DNA of 58,317 bases from an uncultured archaeon (GTDB lineage: Archaea; Aenigmatarchaeota; Aenigmatarchaeia; GW2011-AR5), in the NCBI GenBank assembly GCA_964599215.1, contig CAZRDV010000005.1:1-58317 (forward strand), in the 5' to 3' direction. How positions within the stretch are numbered: position 1 is the first letter of the stretch; each line of letters opens with the position of its first letter. Below, piece after piece: positions 27,855 through 37,082 of the stretch. Below the pieces are notes generated by a model. That model saw only the letters and a list, made by a program, of their open reading frames with translations. It did no database searches and was not told where the DNA came from. A program made the translations under genes and the position numbers.

Positions 27855-28856
27855 TCATCTCTGCGGCTCGATGATGACCTTCATCGAATCCTTTGCATCA
27901 GCAACCAGCCTGAAGCCAGTGCCTGTTTCAGCCAGGCCTAGCCTGTGGGTTATCATGCCCCTTACATCTATTTTTTTCTCCCTTATCATGCCCAGCGCCT
28001 CTTTCAGGTCCCTTGGTCCAGCAGCATAGGATGTCATGACTGTTATCTCGTTTTTCCAAAAATCGTTTATAGGTACATAGATATCAGACATCGGCACTGC
28101 AAAGAACAGGACAGTCCCGCCTTTATCTACTGAGAGCAGTGCCTGCTTTGCTGCTGATTCAGCACCTGTACAGACTATGACTTTATCAGTTTTGCGGTCT
28201 GCCTCAATAAGTTTTTCATCTAGTTCTTTGGCATTAATTACGTGATCTGCGCCGAATCTCTCGGCCATGTCCAGCCTGTAATCACTTATGTCAGTTGCAA
28301 TTACCCTTGCTCCCTTTAGCTTTGCTAACTGTATGTGAAGAATGCCGACAATACCAGCACCAAGAACCAGCACGTCATCGTTCGACCTTATATTTGCAAG
28401 CCTCTGGCCACGGATAACAGTGCCCAATGGCTCGATGAATGTCCCGTCTTCGTAGGAGACGCTGTGCGGCAGCATCAATATACCGTTATACGTATTTATT
28501 TCTGGTATTCTCACGAATTCTGAAAAGCCGCCTGGGTAGAACTTTGTTCTATGCAAAGTCTCGCATGCAGTATGATGGCCATTGATGCAGTAGTGGCAGG
28601 CATCGCAAGGCACATGATGCGAAACAAAAACACGGTCACCAACCATGTATTTCTCGTTCTTGGATTCCTCAACAATGCCGGTCATCTCATGGCCAAGAAC
28701 AAGCGGAGCCTTTTTTATACGATACCATTCCAGAACATCAGAACCGCAGAGACCGCATGCCATTGCCTTTACCAGCAACTCGTTCTCATCAATAATCGGC
28801 TTTGGCATCTCTTCTAGGCGGACATCACTGTTATTGTAGTACATTGCCACGCGCAT
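27855..28856 (-). CDS. Zn-dependent MDR dehydrogenase (polyol/sorbitol-DH-like, NAD-type)
   Basis: CGLCGSD, GHE, structural Zn CxxCxxC...C, GAGIVG, Asp at DISDYR. Confidence 0.93.
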   Translation of the reverse strand: MRVAMYYNNSDVRLEEMPKPIIDENELLVKAMACGLCGSDVLEWYRIKKAPLVLGHEMTGIVEESKNEKYMVGDRVFVSHHVPCDACHYCINGHHTACETLHRTKFYPGGFSEFVRIPEINTYNGILMLPHSVSYEDGTFIEPLGTVIRGQRLANIRSNDDVLVLGAGIVGILHIQLAKLKGARVIATDISDYRLDMAERFGADHVINAKELDEKLIEADRKTDKVIVCTGAESAAKQALLSVDKGGTVLFFAVPMSDIYVPINDFWKNEITVMTSYAAGPRDLKEALGMIREKKIDVRGMITHRLGLAETGTGFRLVADAKDSMKVIIEPQR

Positions 28857-28929
28857 TGGATAAGCTATTGCATGCAAGAATTTAAAACAAAGCAAGAGTT
28901 TTCCAACACAATATTTTTAAAAACTTTTC

Positions 28930-29142
28930 TTGCATCCACTTCTTATGGAAGATGCTCAGGATTCTTCTAAACGCCCTTTCTGGAAACGTGAAATTGTGCA
29001 CGGTTCAATGGATGAAATTCTCTCATGCGAAATAAGGAACAGTGGATATTCATTACCTATTCGTTATATAACAGGAGCTATGGAAGAAAATGACCCTGGT
29101 GGAAGAAGATCCCATGAAATTACTAAGAGGTATAGGCAATAG
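28930..29142 (+). CDS. Possible small hypothetical protein
   Basis: Only sizeable ORF in the lsrF-dehydrogenase gap; no recognisable motif. Confidence 0.35.
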   Translation: MHPLLMEDAQDSSKRPFWKREIVHGSMDEILSCEIRNSGYSLPIRYITGAMEENDPGGRRSHEITKRYRQ

Positions 29143-29170
29143 ATTCTGACAATTTTTCTAATGTATTTAG

Positions 29171-29962
29171 CTAACTCTTACTTTTCTCCCTATTAAATAT
29201 CTCCTGTGCTTCTCTTGCTGTTGCATTCAGGTGGATGATTGCTCTGAGCGCTTTGACCATTGCAACAGGATAAGCATGCTGCCATACATTCCTGCCCAGG
29301 TTCACGCCAATAGCGCCTTTCTGTATGCCGTCATAGACAAAATCAAAGACCTCTCGTTCTGTGTCCACCTTCGGCCCGCCTGCCATTACTATCGGTGCTG
29401 TACAGCCGTCTACAACCTTTTCAAAGTTCTCGCACCAGTACGTCTTGACGATGCTGGCACCAAGTTCTGCTGCTATTCTGCATGCCAGTGCAATATAACG
29501 AGCATCTATCTTTTTCATCTCTTTTCCAACAGCAGTAACAGCCATAACAGGCATGCCATACTCTTCAGCCTCGTTAACAAGGTTTCCTAAGTTCAGCAAG
29601 GACTGATGCTCATTGCTGCTGCCGACAAATACAGACATGCCTACTGCATCTGCATTTAGCCGCACTGCTTCTTTCACTGATGTTGTTATCCCCTCATGAG
29701 GCAGCTCATCTGGCAGAGCCATGCTTGTGCCGCCTGATACGCGAAGGATTATTGGTTTCGTCCTAACTGGATCTATGCAATTGCGCAGAACCCCTCTTGT
29801 TACAAAAAGGGCATCACAGTATGGAATCAATGGCTTTACTGTTTCTCCAGGCTTCTCTAACTTTGTTGTAGGTCCCTGGAAGTAGCCATGATCTATAGGC
29901 ATGAATAAGCAATGACCATCAGGTGTTAGCTGCGATAGCCGGTTCTTCTTTCCCCAGTCCAT
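29171..29962 (-). CDS. lsrF: LsrF-type 3-hydroxy-5-phosphonooxypentane-2,4-dione thiolase (class I aldolase fold)
   Basis: MDWG..NRL, DHGYFQGPTT.LE, EHQS, AVTAVGK, RY..LA.RIAAE.GA.I.KTY (catalytic Lys), GRNVWQ all match the LsrF subfamily. Confidence 0.88.
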   Translation of the reverse strand: MDWGKKNRLSQLTPDGHCLFMPIDHGYFQGPTTKLEKPGETVKPLIPYCDALFVTRGVLRNCIDPVRTKPIILRVSGGTSMALPDELPHEGITTSVKEAVRLNADAVGMSVFVGSSNEHQSLLNLGNLVNEAEEYGMPVMAVTAVGKEMKKIDARYIALACRIAAELGASIVKTYWCENFEKVVDGCTAPIVMAGGPKVDTEREVFDFVYDGIQKGAIGVNLGRNVWQHAYPVAMVKALRAIIHLNATAREAQEIFNREKSKS

Positions 29963-30034
29963 ATTACCGATTATCTAGTAACAGAAATTTATTAAAAACA
30001 TGGCTTATCCAAGATTGATAATAGTCAATAGCCC

Positions 30035-31045
30035 TTATTTAGATACTAAGCTTGCTATCTTGTCTGGTTTGATTATGCCTTTTTCTGTGATTATGCCGCT
30101 GATAAGGCCTGCAGGCGTGACATCAAAAGCAGGATTCTTGGCAGGCGACCTTGAGCAGACGAGCACTCTTCTCAAACTTCCGCCCTCGTCAAGGCCTGTT
30201 TGATAGAGCACTTCTTCTTCGCTGCGCTCCTCTATTGGGATATCCCTGCCGGATTTGCAATTAATATCAAATGTAGATAGAGTTGCAGCTACGTAGAAAG
30301 GTACGTTAAAATGCCGTGCAACTATTGCTTTCTCTAGCGTGCCTATTTTATTTGCAGCATCGCCATTTGCTGCTATGCGATCAGCTCCAACAATTACCAT
30401 ATCAATGCCTTTCTGCATGTAGTATGCGCCGGCATTGTCAGGAATTATTGCGTGCGCGATGCCTTCGTTCTTCAATTCCCAGGCAGTAAGCCTTGCGCCT
30501 TGGCTTCGCGGCCTTGTTTCATCAGCATAGACAAAAACCTTTTTGCCAGCTCTTTTTGCCTTGTATATCGGTGATAAAGCAGTTCCCCAGTCAGTAAACG
30601 CAAGCCAGCCGGCATTGCAGTGCGTCTCTATTTTCATGTTGTCCTTTATCAGTGTGTTGCCGTATTCGCCGATCTTCTCGCATGCCTTTACATCCTCATC
30701 AGCAATTTTCTGAGCCTCTTCTGACGGGACCTTGGAATTATAAACACGGTTAACAGCATAGAACAGGTTCTGTGCAGTTGGCCTTGACTCTGTGATTAGC
30801 TTCTTTGCCCTTTCCAGTGCATCTTTATCGCCGCAGTCAAAGAATGCCTGGGCCATTGCAAAACCAGCTGCAGAGCCTATTGCTCCTGCACCGCGAACAG
30901 TCATTTTACTGATAGCGTCAGCTGTTTCTACATGATTTTTGCACTCCTGGATCCTGAAGAAAAAGGGAAGCTTGTTCTGGTCAATCATCTTTACAATCCC
31001 GTTCTCAAACCAGACAGTTCTATATGCTTCGCTGCCGACAAGCAT
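30035..31045 (-). CDS. mtnA: Methylthioribose-1-P / 5-deoxyribose-1-P isomerase
   Basis: MTVRGAGAIG, SRPTAQNLF, THCNAGWLA..DWGTAL, ETRPRSQGARLTAWEL, GADRIAANGD.ANKIGT. Confidence 0.95.
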   Translation of the reverse strand: MLVGSEAYRTVWFENGIVKMIDQNKLPFFFRIQECKNHVETADAISKMTVRGAGAIGSAAGFAMAQAFFDCGDKDALERAKKLITESRPTAQNLFYAVNRVYNSKVPSEEAQKIADEDVKACEKIGEYGNTLIKDNMKIETHCNAGWLAFTDWGTALSPIYKAKRAGKKVFVYADETRPRSQGARLTAWELKNEGIAHAIIPDNAGAYYMQKGIDMVIVGADRIAANGDAANKIGTLEKAIVARHFNVPFYVAATLSTFDINCKSGRDIPIEERSEEEVLYQTGLDEGGSLRRVLVCSRSPAKNPAFDVTPAGLISGIITEKGIIKPDKIASLVSK

Positions 31046-31055
31046 GAATAACCTT

Positions 31056-31081
31056 GGAAAGAAACTTTTATAATTCTTTCC
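31056..31081. promoter_or_regulatory. Divergent promoter with an 8-bp inverted repeat bracketing a TATA box
   Basis: GGAAAGAA-ACTTTTATAA-TTCTTTCC; a second TTTAAAAA at 31082-31089 precedes pfkB. Confidence 0.55.
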
Positions 31082-31111
31082 TTTAAAAAATTTTTCTTTT
31101 ATTAATTAATC

Positions 31112-32002
31112 ATGGTTGATATTGTTATTGTCGGGTCAGTTGCATTTGATACAGTAGAAACACCATTCGGTTCTGTCAAAGAAGCTCTGGGCGGCTCTGC
31201 TACGTATGCTTCCTTGGCTGCAAGCTTTTTTTCAAAACCCGGTATTGTTGCTGTGGTTGGCAACGATTTTAATAATCATAACGTATTCCATACAAACAAT
31301 ATCTGCACAAAGGGCCTGAAGACCGTAGAGGGCAGAACTTTTCGATGGAGCGGCTATTACGAATACGACATGAACCAGGCACATACCATACAGACAGAGG
31401 AGAATGTTTTCAAGGATTTCTTACCTGATATACCTGAAGAATACAAAAATGCCAGATATGTCTTTCTCGGGAATATAGGACCGGAATTGCAGTTGCACGT
31501 ACTAAAGCAGATGAATAACCCGATAGCAATAATGGATGTAATGAATTACTGGATAGAAAGAACAAGAGACCGGTTATTTGACGTTATGAAGAAGTGCAAC
31601 ATACTCTTAATGAACGATTCAGAGGCAAGAGAGCTCTTTAAAACAACAAACCTGATAACAGCAGGACAAAAGGCACTGAAGATCGGGTTACAGGCAGTAG
31701 TCATAAAAAAAGGCGAGCACGGAGTTCTTCTATTCACTAAAGATAGAGTATTTTCACTGCCTGGGTATCCGTGCGAAAACCTTAAGGATCCAACCGGCGC
31801 AGGCGACAGCTTTGCAGGTGCATTTACAGGATATCTATCCAAGAACGGTATTAATGAAGAGAGCCTACGCAAAGCAGTTGTGTACGGATCAGCTGTTGCC
31901 TCTTTCAATGTCGAGGATTTCAGCTTCAATAATCTTAAAAGGATAACAATCAATGATATAGAAAACCGCTATAAGGAATTCAGGAATCTCATGACTTTTT
32001 AA
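31112..32002 (+). CDS. PfkB/ribokinase family kinase (possible nucleoside or sugar kinase)
   Basis: [30 protein letters not shown]. Confidence 0.93.
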   Translation: MVDIVIVGSVAFDTVETPFGSVKEALGGSATYASLAASFFSKPGIVAVVGNDFNNHNVFHTNNICTKGLKTVEGRTFRWSGYYEYDMNQAHTIQTEENVFKDFLPDIPEEYKNARYVFLGNIGPELQLHVLKQMNNPIAIMDVMNYWIERTRDRLFDVMKKCNILLMNDSEARELFKTTNLITAGQKALKIGLQAVVIKKGEHGVLLFTKDRVFSLPGYPCENLKDPTGAGDSFAGAFTGYLSKNGINEESLRKAVVYGSAVASFNVEDFSFNNLKRITINDIENRYKEFRNLMTF

Positions 32003-32021
32003 TGTCATATTTAGTGATAAG

Positions 32022-33266
32022 ATGGATTACGAAGTCAAAGATATAGGGCTTGCAGACCAGGGCAAGCGTCAGATAGAATTAGCTGAGATGCAGATGAAGG
32101 GGCTGATGAAGATAAGAGAGAGATTCGAAAATGAAAAGCCTCTTTCAGGCATCAGGGTCGGCATGGCACTTCACATTACAAAGGAGACTGCAGCACTTGT
32201 CAGGACCTTACACGCAGGCGGAGCAGAGGTTGCAATAACCGGTTGTAATCCACTGAGCACGCAGGATGACGTGGCAGCTGCACTGGCAGAACAGGGGTTT
32301 CATGTCTATGGCTGGAAAGGCGAAACAAAAGAAGAGTACTACAAAAACCTGAACAGGGTCCTTGATTTCAGGCCCCATGTAACAATAGACGACGGCTGCG
32401 ACCTTGTGTCAGAGATACACCTGAAAAGAACAGACCTGTTAAAAGAAATAATTGGCGGTGCAGAAGAAACAACAACCGGCATTATAAGACTGCGTTCCAT
32501 GGAGAAGGATAATGCACTGAAATACCCCATAATAGCTGTCAACGATTCAAAAACAAAGCATCTTTTTGATAACTATATCGGCACTGGTCAGTCCACAATA
32601 GACGGCATACTCCGCGCTACGAACATACTTATAGCAGGAAAGAATTTCGTGGTGTCTGGCTACGGGAACTGCGGCAAGGGTGTTGCAACGCGCGCAAAGG
32701 GAATGGGGGCAAATGTTATTGTAACAGAAGTAGACCCGTTCAAGGCACTGCAGGCAGCTACAGACGGATTCCGTGTCATGCCAATGGCCAAAGCAGCAAA
32801 TATAGGCGATATATTTGTTACAGTTACCGGAGACAAGCATGTACTGTCATTAGACAGCCTGAAAAAAATGAAAAACGGCGCAATAGTTGCAAACAGCGGA
32901 CACTTCAATATAGAGATAGACATAAAAGGACTTGAGGGCATTGCCAAAAAAAGAAAGATAAGGCCTTTCATGGATGAGTATTCCTTTGACGGTAAAAAAC
33001 TATTTGTTCTTGGCGAGGGCAGGCTGATAAATCTGGCAGCAGCTGAAGGCCATCCATCAGAGATAATGAGCATGTCCTTCATGAATCAATGCCTTGCAGT
33101 AGAATACCTTGTAAAGAACAAGGGCCTTGAACCAAAGGTCTATACACTGCCTAAAGAGGTTGATGATATGATAGCAAAAATCCAGTTAGAGGCAATGGGC
33201 GTAGAGATTGATACGCTCACAAAGGAGCAGAGCAGATATCTCAATTCTTGGGACGAAGGCACTTAA
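32022..33266 (+). CDS. ahcY: S-adenosylhomocysteine hydrolase
   Basis: [45 protein letters not shown]. Confidence 0.98.
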   Translation: MDYEVKDIGLADQGKRQIELAEMQMKGLMKIRERFENEKPLSGIRVGMALHITKETAALVRTLHAGGAEVAITGCNPLSTQDDVAAALAEQGFHVYGWKGETKEEYYKNLNRVLDFRPHVTIDDGCDLVSEIHLKRTDLLKEIIGGAEETTTGIIRLRSMEKDNALKYPIIAVNDSKTKHLFDNYIGTGQSTIDGILRATNILIAGKNFVVSGYGNCGKGVATRAKGMGANVIVTEVDPFKALQAATDGFRVMPMAKAANIGDIFVTVTGDKHVLSLDSLKKMKNGAIVANSGHFNIEIDIKGLEGIAKKRKIRPFMDEYSFDGKKLFVLGEGRLINLAAAEGHPSEIMSMSFMNQCLAVEYLVKNKGLEPKVYTLPKEVDDMIAKIQLEAMGVEIDTLTKEQSRYLNSWDEGT

Positions 33267-33314
33267 CAATGCACTTAACTATAAAAATCTTGTTATGCTA
33301 ATTATTTTGGTACA

Positions 33315-34097
33315 ATGATAGGCATCATAGGTGGGTCAGGGTTTTATTCGCTACTAGATAAGGCTGATGAAAAAGAGGTAGAGACTCCTTTCGGAAAACC
33401 AAGTTCAAAGATTACTATAGGAAAGATCGAGGGCAGTGATGTCGCCTTTATCACACGCCATGGCAAGAAGCACGAAATACCTCCGCATAAAATCCCGTAT
33501 AAGGCAAATATCCAGGCATTCAAAGACCTGGGTGTTGAGAGGATTATATCGCCTACAGCTGTTGGCTCCCTGAAGAAGGAGATAAAACCAGGTGATTTCC
33601 TTGTTCCTGACCAGTTTATCAGCTTCACGCACAGAGACGACAGCTTCTACAACGGGCCTGGCACAGTACACATCTCTCCGGCTACTCCGTATTGTCCGGA
33701 CTTGAGCAAAATAATAGTTGATGAATGCAGGAAAATGGGTCTAACTATACATAGTGGCGGAACCCTTGTTGTAATACAGGGACCCAGGTTTGCAAGTGGT
33801 GCAGAGAGTGATTTCTTCCGCAACAATAACTGGGATGTTATAAATATGACGTCCTACCCAGAAATCGTACTAGCAAGAGAACTGGAAATGTGCTACGCAA
33901 ACATCGCCATAGTAACAGATTATGATACAGGCATGAAAGGCAACTCCGATATCAAGGCAGTAAGCATAGAAGAGATTATAAAAGTATTCAAGAAAAACAA
34001 TGAAAAGCTGAAGAAGCTGATATTCAATATTATACCAAAACTGCCTAAAGAGAGGAATTGCATCTGTGCAACTGCGCTGAAGGATGCCAAGGTGTAA
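33315..34097 (+). CDS. mtnP: 5'-methylthioadenosine / 5'-deoxyadenosine phosphorylase
   Basis: IGIIGGSG, RHGKKH..PPH, GPRFAS.AES, NMT..PE..LARE, VTDYD. Confidence 0.95.
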   Translation: MIGIIGGSGFYSLLDKADEKEVETPFGKPSSKITIGKIEGSDVAFITRHGKKHEIPPHKIPYKANIQAFKDLGVERIISPTAVGSLKKEIKPGDFLVPDQFISFTHRDDSFYNGPGTVHISPATPYCPDLSKIIVDECRKMGLTIHSGGTLVVIQGPRFASGAESDFFRNNNWDVINMTSYPEIVLARELEMCYANIAIVTDYDTGMKGNSDIKAVSIEEIIKVFKKNNEKLKKLIFNIIPKLPKERNCICATALKDAKV

Positions 34098-34099
34098 TC

Positions 34100-34630
34100 A
34101 TGAATATGGAAGAGCTTAGGAAATGTGTTACAGAGATACCTGACTTTCCAAAGAAGGGCGTTCTTTTCAGGGATATAACCACACTGTTGAAGAATGGAGA
34201 GGCACTGAAATATGCAACAGAGGAAATGAAGAAGCGATGCAGCAACAGGAAGATAGATGTGATTGTCGGCATAGAATCAAGGGGCTTTATTCTTGGCGGT
34301 ATAATTGCATACGAGCTTGGTGTTGGCTTTGTTCCTGTAAGAAAAAAAGGCAAGTTGCCAAGGGAGGTTGTGCGAGCGGAATACGAACTAGAATACGGCA
34401 AGGACCACATAGAGATGCACAAAGACGGCATTCTTGGCGGCCAAAACGTCATGATTATTGATGATCTTCTTGCAACGGGCGGTACAGCAGAAGCAGCTGT
34501 AAGGCTTGTTGAATCGCTGGGCGGCAGGGTTGTTGGCCTTGGCTTTGTTATGGAGTTGTCATACCTGAAGGGAAGGGAGAAACTAAAGAAGTATGATGTA
34601 TTCTCACTTATAGACTACGATAGTGGATGA
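34100..34630 (+). CDS. apt: Adenine phosphoribosyltransferase
   Basis: PDFPKKGVLFRDIT, GIESRGF, VRKKGKLP, IIDDLLATGGT. Confidence 0.96.
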   Translation: MNMEELRKCVTEIPDFPKKGVLFRDITTLLKNGEALKYATEEMKKRCSNRKIDVIVGIESRGFILGGIIAYELGVGFVPVRKKGKLPREVVRAEYELEYGKDHIEMHKDGILGGQNVMIIDDLLATGGTAEAAVRLVESLGGRVVGLGFVMELSYLKGREKLKKYDVFSLIDYDSG

Positions 34631-35502
34631 TAATGATAGTATTGGGCTCTGATGATTTTGCAGAGAAGCTTGCAAAGAGCCTTGACTCTGGTTTTGTCGC
34701 CCTTGAGAAAGTTGTCTTTCCTGACGGCGAGCTTCGCCCAAGAATACTAGGTGATGTAGATGAGCACGTTGTGCTGGCAGAGAGAATGGCATTGCCAACA
34801 GACCCTAACCAGTATTTAGTGCAAATACTCCTTACAATAAGGAACCTGAGAGCAATGAACGTCAGGCAAATCGACGTGGTAATGCCTTATTTTATTTATT
34901 CAAGGCAGGACAAGGTGTTCAGAAAAGGCGAGCCGTTCTCAGCAAAGCATGTTCTTGAACTGTTAGAAAAAGCCGGCGCTGACAGGTTCTTTACTGTCTC
35001 AAGCCATGCTGAAAGAGACAGTAAGATGCTCTCTATGACAGCAATGCCGGCTTACAATATAGACGGCTTCATTGCCATAGGCGAGTATTTGAAAGAAATT
35101 GAACTAAAAAATCCTATAGTAACAGGAGCTGACATGGGTGTCAGCAGGGCAACAGGCACAGTAGCTGGCATTCTTAATGCAGATGAATTTGCCTTTGAAA
35201 AGAAAAGGGATTTGGATACAGGCAATATCACAATGCATGGTGAGATGAATGCGAAGAACAGAGACGTCGTCATAGTGGATGATATCATAAGCTCTGGCGG
35301 AACCATGATAAAGGCGATAGAGATAAGCAGGCAGTCCGGAGCAGAGAAGATAATAGCTGCTGCTGTCCACCCTGTTCTTGCAAAAGGCGCTTATGAAAAG
35401 ATCTCGCCAATGGTTACCAGATTTTTGGCAACAGATACCATAGACTCTCCTGTATCAGAAATATCTGTTACAGGCAAGATAGCTGAGAAGATAAAGGGTT
35501 AG
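34627..35502 (+). CDS. prs: Ribose-phosphate pyrophosphokinase (archaeal type)
   Basis: FPDGELRPR, PYFIYSRQDKVF..GE, IVDDIISSGGTM, ATDTI. Confidence 0.93.
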   Translation: MIMIVLGSDDFAEKLAKSLDSGFVALEKVVFPDGELRPRILGDVDEHVVLAERMALPTDPNQYLVQILLTIRNLRAMNVRQIDVVMPYFIYSRQDKVFRKGEPFSAKHVLELLEKAGADRFFTVSSHAERDSKMLSMTAMPAYNIDGFIAIGEYLKEIELKNPIVTGADMGVSRATGTVAGILNADEFAFEKKRDLDTGNITMHGEMNAKNRDVVIVDDIISSGGTMIKAIEISRQSGAEKIIAAAVHPVLAKGAYEKISPMVTRFLATDTIDSPVSEISVTGKIAEKIKG

Positions 35503-35542
35503 TTTTATAAACCTTTGCAGCATGAATTTCTAGGTGATTTGA

Positions 35543-35770
35543 TTGACGCTTGACTTTGGTAAAATCAAGAAACTGTATAAAGAATTTAGGAGAGACCCCT
35601 GGAAATATCCAAAGGTTTTTGAGCGTGAAGGAGAAGCAATTAAGCACTACGGGCTGGGATTAGGATTTTTTAATCAAAGGCCTGTCATGGAACGTGTTGC
35701 AGCTGAGTTTATAGATGCCTACCCAGACGATGCTTTAGATATCATGTATGACCTTAAGAAAAACAGATAA
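35543..35770 (+). CDS. Hypothetical protein
   Basis: 75 aa, SD AGGTGA before TTG. Confidence 0.55.
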   Translation: MTLDFGKIKKLYKEFRRDPWKYPKVFEREGEAIKHYGLGLGFFNQRPVMERVAAEFIDAYPDDALDIMYDLKKNR

Positions 35771-35771
35771 A

Positions 35772-35981
35772 TTATTTCCTCTTGGATTCCTTTCTGGCTT
35801 TTTTCTCTAGCTCCTTTACAGGCGTTTCCGGGAACAGTGGGGAGCGAAAACCGCATTTCCTGCACTGGTATATTCTGCCTCCCCAGAAGAACGGGTCCAT
35901 TCTAATGTCCAGAGAATTACATTTCGGGCAGACCTTGATACTCTCCTTCATACTGACTCTCCTTTTTAGGCTTTTTTTCAC
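35772..35981 (-). CDS. Small Zn-ribbon protein
   Basis: CPKC...CRKCG. Confidence 0.7.
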   Translation of the reverse strand: MKKSLKRRVSMKESIKVCPKCNSLDIRMDPFFWGGRIYQCRKCGFRSPLFPETPVKELEKKARKESKRK

Positions 35982-36378
35982 TGATTATTGTAACCACGAC
36001 CTCTCTGGTTCTATTTTCTATATCGAACTCCCAGAGCATGATGCTCTGCCATGTCCCAAGCAGAAGCCTGCTGCCTGACACAGGTATTGTTTTCTCTGTT
36101 GACGCAAGGCTTGCCCTTAGATGGGAAAAGGCATTGCTGGAATGGTTATAGAGCTTGTCGCCTGGCAGAAGCTTGCTAAAAAATCGCCTGAAATCCTCTA
36201 TCAGCAGTTTTTCATTCTCGTTCATGATCAGGCCTGCTGTTGTTGCTGGCAGAAATACATGGCACAGAGCTTCATCTGCCTTGCTCTCCTTGACTATCTT
36301 CTTGATATCCTCTGTTATGTCAACAAATTCATTCTTCATGGTTTCTATCTTTAGGTTTTTCCTGAACAACAAAACCAC
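35917..36378 (-). CDS. yjbQ: YjbQ / UPF0047 family protein
   Basis: FVDIT, TTAGLIMNENE, NAFSHLRA, LGTWQSIMLWEFD. Confidence 0.92.
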   Translation of the reverse strand: MVLLFRKNLKIETMKNEFVDITEDIKKIVKESKADEALCHVFLPATTAGLIMNENEKLLIEDFRRFFSKLLPGDKLYNHSSNAFSHLRASLASTEKTIPVSGSRLLLGTWQSIMLWEFDIENRTREVVVTIISEKKPKKESQYEGEYQGLPEM

Positions 36379-36441
36379 CGACTGATAAACACTTATTTAA
36401 ATGTTTTGCGTTATATTTAAATATTCGATTCTGGTGAGTAC

Positions 36442-36984
36442 ATGGCTGAGAAAATAAAAATAGAAAACGTTGTAGCCTCTACTGACATCAAAAAAATCAT
36501 ATCCCTTGACAAGCTGCTCGGCATTCTGGAGGCCAGTGAATATGAGCCGGAGCAGTTCCCAGGCCTTGTCTATCGCTTGGATGAGCCAAGAGTCGCTACA
36601 CTGATATTCAGGTCAGGAAAGATTATATGCGTCGGTGCAAGGAGCACCTCGGATGCTAAAATTGCCCTGAAAAAAACAGTAAGGAACATAAAAAAGGTAG
36701 GGATAAGGATAAACGAAAACAACATCAAGGTCAAGATAGAGAACATAGTAGTTGCTGTGAACCTCGGGAAGGACCTTAACCTGGATCAATTGGCATTCCA
36801 GCTGGAAAACAGCGAGTACGAGCCTGAGCAGTTCCCAGGCTTGGTTTATAGAATACTTGAGCCGAAGGTTGCATTCCTTCTCTTTTCTTCTGGCAGGGTT
36901 GTCTGCGCAGGTGCCAAGAGCCTGGATTCAGTAAAAACAGCTGTGAAGAAGCTGGAAGCCAAGCTCCGCTCATTAGGCGTGTAG
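36442..36984 (+). CDS. tbp: TATA-box binding protein
   Basis: Two repeats of IENVVAS/YEPEQFPGLVYR/LIF.SGK..C.GA. Confidence 0.99.
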   Translation: MAEKIKIENVVASTDIKKIISLDKLLGILEASEYEPEQFPGLVYRLDEPRVATLIFRSGKIICVGARSTSDAKIALKKTVRNIKKVGIRINENNIKVKIENIVVAVNLGKDLNLDQLAFQLENSEYEPEQFPGLVYRILEPKVAFLLFSSGRVVCAGAKSLDSVKTAVKKLEAKLRSLGV

Positions 36985-37082
36985 CTTGGGCAAACCTTTT
37001 AAATGAAGCTCCAATGGAAATATAGCCGTTATACTAAAAAGGTTTTCTTGTATCTAATTATTCTGTATTTTTGGGTGTGGCC

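Noticed and set aside
29171-29962. AI-2 quorum-sensing (lsr) operon
   Set aside because: No lsrK, lsrG, lsrR or lsrACDB nearby; the neighbours are nucleoside salvage genes.
30035-31045. eIF2B subunit or ribose-1,5-bisphosphate isomerase (AMP/RuBisCO pathway)
   Set aside because: HCNAGWLA and ETRP..QGARLTAWEL motifs plus the mtnP context fit MtnA; no AMP phosphorylase or RuBisCO is in the window.
36442-36984. Direct DNA repeat inside tbp
   Set aside because: This is the expected two-fold internal repeat of TBP.
36993-37046. AAACCTTTT...AAAAGGTTT inverted repeat between tbp and mcm as a replication origin
   Set aside because: It matches the BRE/TATA-like tracts common in this genome's intergenic regions; there are no ORB-like G-strings and no adjacent orc1/cdc6.
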